14,960 bases of DNA from an uncultured archaeon (GTDB lineage Archaea > Asgardarchaeota > Thorarchaeia > Thorarchaeales > Thorarchaeaceae). Both the position numbers and the translations under genes were made by a program. This document shows positions 7,810 to 14,960 of this stretch, piece after piece. The stretch lies in contig CAZPWM010000077.1 of the NCBI GenBank assembly GCA_964590575.1, positions 1 through 14,960 of the forward strand. Reading direction: 5' to 3'. Each line of letters begins with the position of its first letter. Within the stretch, counting starts at the first letter, position 1. A model generated the notes under the pieces. It saw nothing but the letters and a program-made list of their open reading frames with translations, made no database searches and was not told the origin of the DNA.

Positions 7810-8388
7810 TCAGATAGCTTTTGCAACAATAAATAAAACAGATGAGAGTTGAGCCGGAGTTGACACTTTTGCTAATATGCGAGGAATTTTACGCCATAGT
7901 AGACCATCCAATTTCCTGTATTTTACGCCAATTCCTCGAGTTCGAATGACGTGAAAACCGCTGCGCTCAATCAGAGTGAGCAGTTGCCTACTAGTAAAAC
8001 TATGGCGATGGTGATCTACTCGATTCACGGGTGAATTAAGAAACAACAACCCATCATTTTCTATAACTCGTCTAGCTTCTGCTAGAACCTTAGCAGGAAA
8101 TAGAACATGCTTTATTACAGACTCCATAATGATTGAATTGAAGCTGCTATCTTGAAAGGGCAAATGCTCACCCATTGCCCGAGTATCAACAAATCCTCTT
8201 GGGAAAGGATCGAGAGAAATTGTGGAACGTTTTTTACTTTTAGCAGCCCCGATATCTAGAGAGGGGGACGGTATTTCTCCAATGAATGAAGTCCATTCTT
8301 CATACATAATATGCCAAAGATATTTTTGGAATCGATCTACGTTGGTTGTATGACCCCATTGCTGAAGATTGTCACTCAATTTTTTCAC
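7810..8388 (-). CDS. Class I SAM-dependent methyltransferase (Methyltransf_11-like)
   Basis: Motif I SLDIGAA, acidic motif II SLDP, and GEHLPFQDSSFNSII..VIKHV..P.KVLAEARRVIENDGLLFL. GTG start. Confidence 0.85.
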   Translation of the reverse strand: MKKLSDNLQQWGHTTNVDRFQKYLWHIMYEEWTSFIGEIPSPSLDIGAAKSKKRSTISLDPFPRGFVDTRAMGEHLPFQDSSFNSIIMESVIKHVLFPAKVLAEARRVIENDGLLFLNSPVNRVDHHRHSFTSRQLLTLIERSGFHVIRTRGIGVKYRKLDGLLWRKIPRILAKVSTPAQLSSVLFIVAKAI

Positions 8389-8416
8389 CCTTAAAAGAAA
8401 GACATGGACAAGTAAT

Positions 8417-9571
8417 TCAGCTGGTCTTCAAAATCTCCTTTAGCTTTGCAGCTACTCGATGAACATCATCCGCGGTAAGTTTCTGGTGAAGTGGTAACGT
8501 GACGACTCGTCGACCAATTTCCTCTGCGACAGGATATGATTCATTTGAGTATCCATGTTGTTGGTAATAGGTGAATCTATGAATGGGAGTATAATGAATA
8601 CTTGTTTGAATACCAACCTCCTCAAACTTCTTTCGTACCAGTGCACGCTTTTCCTCAGGAACTAAAACTGGAAGAACATGATGACTATGAACTACATTTG
8701 GTGGGATTGATTGAAGTTCTACAGGAAGGTCAGATAGAAGATCCCTGTAGAGTAAATAGATCTTCTCTCGTCTTTTATTGAAATCACCCAGTTTCTTTAT
8801 CTGTACGATGCCAAGAGCTGCATTTATCTCTGTTATTCGATAATTATAACCAAGCTCGACCATATCATAGAGCTGGTCATATGATTCCTGGTCTTTCTTG
8901 TTATGACGACTCCAAGTTGATTTTGTAAGACCATGTGATCTTAACAATCGAAGTTTATCAGCTATGCTCTTGTCCTTGGTCGAAATTGCGCCACCTTCTC
9001 CTACAGATAAATTCTTGTTTGAAAAGAAACTAAATGCTGTAACATCAGCAAGAGTTCCAACTGATTTGCCATGGTATTTCGCACCTATAGCATGCGCGGC
9101 ATCATCGATAACCCGAAGGTTGTATTCCTTTGCTATCTTATTGACAGCGTTCATTTCCGCAGGCAGTCCAGCAAAATGAACAGGCAGAATCGCTTGTGTT
9201 CTTTCAGTTATTGCATCTTTTATTTTTTGTACATCGATATTGTATGTTTCAGGACTTACATCAACAAAAACGGGTTTTGCACCTGTATATAGGATAGCAT
9301 TAGCTGAGGCAACAAATGATAATGGTGGAACAATTACTTCTCCAGTCAATCCAACACCCTGTGATAGAAGACCTAGATGCAAAGCCGCAGTACCATTACT
9401 TACTGCAACTACCTCATTAGCGCCAAGATATCCGGAGAGTTGTTTTTCGAACTCGATTGTCTTTGGGCCCATGGTTAACCATTCCGATTTGAGAATCCCA
9501 ATAACTGCATCTATCTCATCTTGGTCATATGATAGATCGGAAACCAAAATTTTCCGAGAATCTTCGCTCAA
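8417..9571 (-). CDS. DegT/DnrJ/EryC1/StrS family PLP-dependent sugar aminotransferase
   Basis: WLTMGP, SNGTAALHL, SFVASANA, DDAAHAIG, FSFFSNKNL (PLP Lys), GEGG, GYNYR and TLPLH. The TTG start overlaps the upstream TGA stop (TTGA, 9568-9571). Confidence 0.95.
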   Translation of the reverse strand: MSEDSRKILVSDLSYDQDEIDAVIGILKSEWLTMGPKTIEFEKQLSGYLGANEVVAVSNGTAALHLGLLSQGVGLTGEVIVPPLSFVASANAILYTGAKPVFVDVSPETYNIDVQKIKDAITERTQAILPVHFAGLPAEMNAVNKIAKEYNLRVIDDAAHAIGAKYHGKSVGTLADVTAFSFFSNKNLSVGEGGAISTKDKSIADKLRLLRSHGLTKSTWSRHNKKDQESYDQLYDMVELGYNYRITEINAALGIVQIKKLGDFNKRREKIYLLYRDLLSDLPVELQSIPPNVVHSHHVLPVLVPEEKRALVRKKFEEVGIQTSIHYTPIHRFTYYQQHGYSNESYPVAEEIGRRVVTLPLHQKLTADDVHRVAAKLKEILKTS

Positions 9572-10287
9572 AGAAACACACTATCCGAATCAGGGACTTG
9601 CTCATTGTCAAGTTCGTTTATTGTTTTCAAGTAGTCATCCATTCTACCAATATCACGCCATGGTTCTGTAAATTGATATCCAACGACTTTTTTCCCTTTT
9701 TTGAGAGCTTCTGGGATAAGTTCAGTCATCTGAAATAGACCTTCATTCGGAATCAAAATTAGTGTTTCAGGAGAAACAACATATATACCTGAATTGATCA
9801 GGAAGGTAAATGTAGGTTTTTCTGATATCTCCGTGATGTTGTTTTCAGAGTCGAGGTCAACGACTCCGTATGAAACCTTCCTGTCGACTCTTTTCAGTGC
9901 GACTGTCAGGTCAGCAGACTGGTCAGAATGGAATTTCATCAGATTTGAAAAATTAAGGTCTGTAAGAAGATCAGAGTTCATCACTACAAATGGAGTATCA
10001 ACCTTACCTTTCAGTTCAGATAAGGGACCAGCTGTTCCTCGTTTTTCGCGCTCTTGGATGTATATAATTTCCACTCCAAAGCTTGATCCTGAGCCAAAGT
10101 AGCTACTGATCATTTCTGCTTTGTAATTCACCATAAGATAGAATTTCTTGAATCCCTGTTCCTTCATTCGGGAGAGAGTCACTTCGAGTATTGGTTTTGA
10201 ACCTAATGGGAGCATTGGCTTTGGTACAGCGTAGGTGAGCGGTCGTAGACGAGTACCTTCGCCACCACAGAGAATTGAGGCAATCAT
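9568..10287 (-). CDS. Sugar-phosphate nucleotidyltransferase (NTP_transferase; catalytic domain only, no CBS or LbH domain)
   Basis: ILCGGEGTRLRPLT...PKPMLP, GTAGPL, VMNSDLL, INSGIY and WRDIGR. GGGTG lies shortly upstream of the ATG. 239 aa. Confidence 0.94.
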   Translation of the reverse strand: MIASILCGGEGTRLRPLTYAVPKPMLPLGSKPILEVTLSRMKEQGFKKFYLMVNYKAEMISSYFGSGSSFGVEIIYIQEREKRGTAGPLSELKGKVDTPFVVMNSDLLTDLNFSNLMKFHSDQSADLTVALKRVDRKVSYGVVDLDSENNITEISEKPTFTFLINSGIYVVSPETLILIPNEGLFQMTELIPEALKKGKKVVGYQFTEPWRDIGRMDDYLKTINELDNEQVPDSDSVFL

Positions 10288-10296
10288 AGCAACACC

Positions 10297-11295
10297 CTAT
10301 ACATATCCTTCCTCTGGTTTGTAGAATGACAAGTAGTTGCGGTACCACTGCACGGTTTCTCGTAAACCATCTTCAAGTTTAATTTCAGGTTTCCAACCAA
10401 TGAGCTTCTTTGCCAGAGAAACATCTGCACAAAGACGACTAACCTCACTTTTCGATGGTCGAATTCGGGTTGCATCAAAGACGACTTTCGCTGAGGATTC
10501 AGTAACGTTAGTTATCATTTGAGCTAATTTCTCTATAGGGACTTCAACACCGGTGCCAAGATTGAGGGTCATACCAAAGAGAGTTTCGACCTTCTCCGCC
10601 ACCTCAATGAAACCACGAACGGTATCTTTGACATAAAGAAAGTCTCGAGTTGGTCGAAGGTCCCCTAGAAGTATCGCTTTCTGTCCCAGTGCCTGAGTTA
10701 TGATAGTTGGAATGACAGCTCGGATTGATTGTCTTGGGCCATAGGTGTTGAATGGGCGTACCGTGACCACCGGTGAATCGAATGCCCGATAAAAACTCTC
10801 AGCTATTTTGTCTGCGGCGATCTTACTAGCAGAGTAAGGAGATTGCGCTTTCAATGGGTGTGACTCGGAGATTGGTACTTTCTCAGCAGTTCCATACACC
10901 TCACTTGTAGAGGTATGGATTACAGCCTTTGTCCCTAAATCTTGAGCGGCTTGGAGTATGTTTAGAATGAAATATACATTATTATCAAAATATTCTCGTG
11001 GATTCTTGTAGGAATATGGAATCGATATGACAGATGCAAGATGAAAGACAACATCCACATCTTTCATTGCAGCTCTACAAGCATACGCATCTTTTAGATC
11101 CCCCATTACAATCTCTAGGTTTTCATGTTCCCCATCGATATACTTTAGATTTCCAGTTTTTCCTTCAGATGTATACCTAATGAAAGCTCTAATGTTAGCA
11201 CCAGTCTTCAGTAGTCCTTCAACTAGGTGACTACCGATAAAGCCTCCAGCACCAGTAACCAGTATAGAAGAATCTTTTAGATTCATTGAGGTCAT
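10297..11295 (-). CDS. NAD-dependent NDP-sugar 4,6-dehydratase/epimerase (extended SDR), LegB-like
   Basis: VTGAGGFIGSHL, FHLASVISIPYSY, HTSTSEVYGTA, QSPYSASK (YxxxK), RPFNTYGPRQS.RAVIPTII and RIRP.KSEV.RL resemble the LegB subfamily. The start is ATG 11295 or 11286 rather than 11328. Confidence 0.92.
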   Translation of the reverse strand: MTSMNLKDSSILVTGAGGFIGSHLVEGLLKTGANIRAFIRYTSEGKTGNLKYIDGEHENLEIVMGDLKDAYACRAAMKDVDVVFHLASVISIPYSYKNPREYFDNNVYFILNILQAAQDLGTKAVIHTSTSEVYGTAEKVPISESHPLKAQSPYSASKIAADKIAESFYRAFDSPVVTVRPFNTYGPRQSIRAVIPTIITQALGQKAILLGDLRPTRDFLYVKDTVRGFIEVAEKVETLFGMTLNLGTGVEVPIEKLAQMITNVTESSAKVVFDATRIRPSKSEVSRLCADVSLAKKLIGWKPEIKLEDGLRETVQWYRNYLSFYKPEEGYV

Positions 11296-11326
11296 CCCAA
11301 CAAGAGCCGTCACGTTGCATCCGAAC

Positions 11327-11336
11327 ATAAATGATT
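11327..11336 (-). promoter_or_regulatory. Putative BRE/TATA-like promoter box for the dehydratase operon
   Basis: AATCATTTAT on the minus strand begins 41 nt before ATG 11295. Confidence 0.45.
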
Positions 11337-11565
11337 CGGCTGTATTGCAGATTCACACTTCTATGTATGATTATTATGATATACGAGTGTTCTCGAGAGC
11401 TGCCTGCATCTGTTCATGTGCAGAACTTTTCAAATGAAGATAAGCGAAAAAGCCAGTTCTTGCATGACTCCTACAGGAACAAATATTGAGACTTCTTAAG
11501 GGATTACTCTTTTCTCTCAGCAGTTTGGGAATCCCTAGATGTGCTGCATGCGTCACAAAAACACC

Positions 11566-13260
11566 TTAAACAACAGCTGTAGCAGCAATTCGACGTTTCT
11601 CAACTCTTTCGATGTATCCAATAAGTGGATTTGATATCCACCAAACAGGTGGTATCTTCCTTAAGAATTTCTTCAAATTATCCAAATCTGAAAGTTTCAT
11701 GACACCTGTGAGTAAACACAAACTCAGGAATATATACCAAAGAGGTGCAAGAAATAAGAGCTTCAATAACGAGCTGAAGGTTGTTGTAGAAATTAGAGGT
11801 ATGAAAGAGAGACCTGCAACGATTAGATTCGAAATTAAATTAGCAGCAAAAGCGAAACCCAGTGTGACTGGAGCGGCAACTAATAATAAAATCGCACTTC
11901 GGAATAGTAGATTCCTTCCAATCGTCAAGTGTGTTAATTTCCGATTGGCGTAATGATATGCTAAGAAGAGCGGAATTGATAAGACCCAGAGAAATGCTAG
12001 TGTAATAACTCCGAAGAGAGGTTGCATTATGACAATCCAAGCTACCTGCAAGGTCACATTGAGTATTCCAAGTACCAAAAGTACTTTCATTTTGTTCAAA
12101 GCTATCAAGGGATTTGAGTAAAGACCAATTATTGTGGAAAACAATAAGCCTGGGGCTAGAATCTTTAAGAATTGTGCGGCGGAAAGACCACCTGTTGTGT
12201 CTAATGCCTTTACACCATAGATACCACCCAAAAGATAATCACTAAAACTAAAGGTAGCAAGAAAAGCGAAGATCAAAGTGGGTATAATGATTCGGTTACT
12301 TTCGTTGAATCTTTTTAGTAAATCCTCGTGCTCGCCGCGTGAGAACATGCCAGTAATATTTGGTAATAGTACAGCAAAGGGAACGTACAGAAGTGCCCGA
12401 AGGGTAGCTGAAGTACTATCTGCGATAGAAAATCTAGCCATATCTGTATCAGTTCCAAAGAAGTTCACAAGTAGAGGTATCACATAGTTACCAAATGAGG
12501 CTATTAGAGTAAGCGCAAGAAATGCTCCTGCAACTCGAAAAAGAGGACCAACCACTTCTTGAGATCCTGATAGAGTGAAAGGAATATTCTCCAAACGCAA
12601 TTCTCGTGTAATTTGGATTAAAGCAATAGCAAATCCAAGGAATAATATTAGTAGATACATATATAGAATATTGATGAGCGTAATCGTTGCACTAACAAAG
12701 AGATAGACCAATATTGCAATACGTGATCCATTGTAAACAACATCCACAATGAGATTTCGTTTCATTCTCTGTATTCCCGAAAAAAACGATTTTGCAATGA
12801 TGATGTAGGCATTTGGGAGCATTGAGAGAAGAACCAGAACCCACAAAGTCCTAAGCTCTGTGGTAGTTTCAGGAGAATCAGCAATAAGAAATCCAACTTG
12901 CTCAGCTAACAAAGTGGTTAACAGGGTGAAAACTAGATAAACTGAAGTCACAGTAAGCAATGAAATTGCAAGAGCACGTCCTATATTCTTAGGTTCATGT
13001 GAATGTGATGAAACAGAACGTACAACAGCAGTTGTCAAACCAAAAATAATGACTACTGAGATTAATTGATTCCAGTACATAAGGACTTTGAGATGAGCAT
13101 AATCTGACAAAGTCCAATATTCTGTAATATCAACAGCTCTCACAAGAATAGCACCTGAAACGAGTCCAGCAACAAGCAGTAATACACGAGAAGCTGATTC
13201 AGTAATCAAATTCAAACTCATACTATCAGCTGCAATAGTGGATTCCATTTCTTCGATCAT
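11566..13260 (-). CDS. Oligosaccharide flippase / polysaccharide biosynthesis protein (Wzx, MOP superfamily)
   Basis: Many consecutive hydrophobic segments, plus FGLTTAVVRSVS, FFSGIQRMK, VLLPNITGMFSRG and LGGIYG....AAQFLKIL typical of Wzx/MurJ-like exporters. ATG 13260 is preceded by GGGGG and an AAACAGTTAT box; the track start is 13332. Confidence 0.85.
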   Translation of the reverse strand: MIEEMESTIAADSMSLNLITESASRVLLLVAGLVSGAILVRAVDITEYWTLSDYAHLKVLMYWNQLISVVIIFGLTTAVVRSVSSHSHEPKNIGRALAISLLTVTSVYLVFTLLTTLLAEQVGFLIADSPETTTELRTLWVLVLLSMLPNAYIIIAKSFFSGIQRMKRNLIVDVVYNGSRIAILVYLFVSATITLINILYMYLLILFLGFAIALIQITRELRLENIPFTLSGSQEVVGPLFRVAGAFLALTLIASFGNYVIPLLVNFFGTDTDMARFSIADSTSATLRALLYVPFAVLLPNITGMFSRGEHEDLLKRFNESNRIIIPTLIFAFLATFSFSDYLLGGIYGVKALDTTGGLSAAQFLKILAPGLLFSTIIGLYSNPLIALNKMKVLLVLGILNVTLQVAWIVIMQPLFGVITLAFLWVLSIPLFLAYHYANRKLTHLTIGRNLLFRSAILLLVAAPVTLGFAFAANLISNLIVAGLSFIPLISTTTFSSLLKLLFLAPLWYIFLSLCLLTGVMKLSDLDNLKKFLRKIPPVWWISNPLIGYIERVEKRRIAATAVV

Positions 13261-13290
13261 GACTGGCTCGCTTCCCCCTTTAGAGATGAA

Positions 13291-13300
13291 ATAACTGTTT
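13291..13300 (-). promoter_or_regulatory. Putative BRE/TATA-like promoter box for the flippase
   Basis: AAACAGTTAT on the minus strand begins 40 nt before ATG 13260. Confidence 0.4.
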
Positions 13301-13428
13301 CTATGGGATGAAACCTGCACTTCAATTTTCATCTAATTATCATATAGAAAATGGTTTTTGACTTGTGTTGAAAGTTCCACATAGCCAGAAACCACATAAG
13401 TTCGACCTTGTCATTAATTTTTTGAATT

Positions 13429-14664
13429 ATGAATCAAGTACTTATGATTGCATACTATTACCCTCCCTTAGGTGGAGTTGGTGCACTTAGACCTCTTCAG
13501 TTTTCAAGATATCTTCCTGAATATCGATGGCAGTCTTCAATTGTGAGCGTAGCTAATGATTACTCGTATAGACAAGATAGATCACTACTTGATGCAATTC
13601 CCAAAGATCAGCAAATTGCTCGAGCTTATCGAATTCCAATTTTCGAAATTATACGCCGGTTTGCAAAAGGACCTTTGAAGAATTATCCCTTGGCCTATAC
13701 ATTCCTTGATCCACAATTCGATTGGGTGCCTTCTGCGATTCGAGCAGGACTCAAATTATCAGAAAGCGTCAAATTTGATGCAATTTACGCAACAGCTCCG
13801 CCATACTCAGTTTTACGGGTTGCTAAGAAGCTAGGACAGAAACTGAATTTACCAATTCTTGCAGACCTCAGGGACCCTTTTACATGGAACTTCGGAATCA
13901 AATGGCCAACCACGTTACACAGACTATTCTATCGCATATATGAAAAACGACTTCTAACATCCTTTAATGCAATAGTGACTGTAAACGATACAATCCGTTC
14001 CAAGCTGATGGCATCTATTGGAGAACATTTACCTCCTGTAACAGTCATACCTAATGGCTATGATCCAGCTGATTTTCAGATAACTCAAGAACTTGAAAAA
14101 CATAAGTTTACTTTTGGATATGTTGGCTCGCTCTATGGAGGATTGAGTGCAATACCCTTCTTTGAAGCGTTGAGTCTTGCAATCAAAGAACAACCAAGAA
14201 TAAAGGATGATATTATTATTCATTTTATGGGGAATATAGACGCAAAGACGTTAATGTCTGATGCAAAGAGATTCAATGTGGATTTTGCTGTCGAGTATCT
14301 TGGTTTTAGACCTCATAAAGAAGCCATCAAGTTGATGCAGCAATCTCACATACTACTAGACTTTGGAGCGACTGTCGAGTCGTCAGCCATTCCCGCCAAA
14401 TTGTTTGAGTATGGTGCATCTGGACGTCCAGTTCTGAGTTTCTCAAAACCTGGGAAACTAGCGGATTTCATCAGACAGAATCAATATGGATATTTGGTTA
14501 ATTGGTCGAGCCCAGTAGAAGGTTGTTCGAAAATAATCGACCTCTACAATTCGTGGATACGAGGGGAGGAGATTCAAGGAACACCGAGAGATATTTCGAA
14601 GCTATTTAGCCGTCGCTCTTTGACAGGAAAACTGGCTGATGTTCTTAACTCACTGATAGAGTAG
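13429..14664 (+). CDS. Glycosyltransferase family 4 (GT-B fold; YYYPP...GG..R subfamily)
   Basis: VLMIAYYYPPLGGVGALR, ATAPPYS, ADLRDPF, VIPNGYD, YVGSLY and IPAKLFEYGASGRPVL. Confidence 0.92.
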   Translation: MNQVLMIAYYYPPLGGVGALRPLQFSRYLPEYRWQSSIVSVANDYSYRQDRSLLDAIPKDQQIARAYRIPIFEIIRRFAKGPLKNYPLAYTFLDPQFDWVPSAIRAGLKLSESVKFDAIYATAPPYSVLRVAKKLGQKLNLPILADLRDPFTWNFGIKWPTTLHRLFYRIYEKRLLTSFNAIVTVNDTIRSKLMASIGEHLPPVTVIPNGYDPADFQITQELEKHKFTFGYVGSLYGGLSAIPFFEALSLAIKEQPRIKDDIIIHFMGNIDAKTLMSDAKRFNVDFAVEYLGFRPHKEAIKLMQQSHILLDFGATVESSAIPAKLFEYGASGRPVLSFSKPGKLADFIRQNQYGYLVNWSSPVEGCSKIIDLYNSWIRGEEIQGTPRDISKLFSRRSLTGKLADVLNSLIE

Positions 14665-14751
14665 ACCATGAAATACTCGAGAAGATTGACTCAGTTTGTA
14701 CAAGTTTTTCTTAAAACAAAATAGAGATTCACAATAGACGAGGTAGAAAAC

Positions 14752-14960
14752 ATGACTAGAGTAAGTCAAGTACTAGCACCAGCAATAAGAGACAAAAAAG
14801 ATAGTGGAATTATCAAAGGAAACAATGGTTACTTCTATGTAGAATCCCCAGTCAACGAATGGGTGTATTGGGGATTCCCAGTACAAGTCGAACAACGTAA
14901 AGTCATTGATGCAATTGAAGTTGAAATCTATGGAGGAGAAATTGAGCCAGGTGGTTACAT
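14752..14960 (+). CDS. Hypothetical protein, 3'-partial (absent from the ORF track)
   Basis: ATG 14752 with GAGGT at 14740-14744 and TTAAAA at 14711-14716. The frame is open to the window end: MTRVSQVLAPAIRDKKDSGIIKGNNGYFYVESPVNEWVYWGFPVQVEQRKVIDAIEVEIYGGEIEPGGY... Confidence 0.75.
   Translation, partial: MTRVSQVLAPAIRDKKDSGIIKGNNGYFYVESPVNEWVYWGFPVQVEQRKVIDAIEVEIYGGEIEPGGY

Noticed and set aside
11403-11477. SECIS-like element
   Set aside because: No neighbouring gene has an in-frame TGA at a Cys-equivalent position, and I could not place a convincing SECIS core.
11374-11556. 60-aa ORF whose AAHLGI resembles ASHLGI in the deacetylase
   Set aside because: The similarity covers only a few residues and does not extend. 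There is no other sign of coding potential.
658-14223. Other short ORFs in the track (e.g. 1551, 2913, 3424, 3904, 4252, 4922, 6439, 7390, 8452, 8964, 9071, 9240, 9529, 9794, 10103, 10284, 10337, 11612, 11840, 12278, 14029)
   Set aside because: They overlap strongly supported enzymes in antisense or alternative frames and carry no motifs.
1-14960. tRNA/rRNA genes, CRISPR array, transposase, integrase or intein
   Set aside because: Intergenic gaps are short, with no cloverleaf or regularly spaced repeats. No protein shows mobile-element motifs or intein-sized insertions.

Overview
The window is a dense surface-glycan (N-glycan/S-layer or exopolysaccharide type) biosynthesis and tailoring cluster of 14 CDSs, two of them cut by the window edges. 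Left to right: a partial hexapeptide-repeat acyltransferase, a PIG-L/LmbE deacetylase, a minus-strand block of GT2 / glutaminase-less AsnB-like ligase / full AsnB amidotransferase / paralogous GT2, a GT4, a small SAM methyltransferase, a minus-strand operon of DegT aminotransferase, nucleotidyltransferase and LegB-like 4,6-dehydratase, a Wzx/MOP flippase, a second GT4 and the start of an unknown protein. Recurrent BRE/TATA-like boxes about 40 nt before likely starts, oligo-T tracts after stops and many GTG/TTG starts suggest an archaeon (possibly Asgard; inference only). The most unusual element is a canonical AsnB next to a cleanly truncated, synthetase-only AsnB, bracketed by two paralogous GT2s. 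I saw no RNA genes, CRISPR arrays or mobile elements. All family calls come from motif recognition by eye, not database searches.
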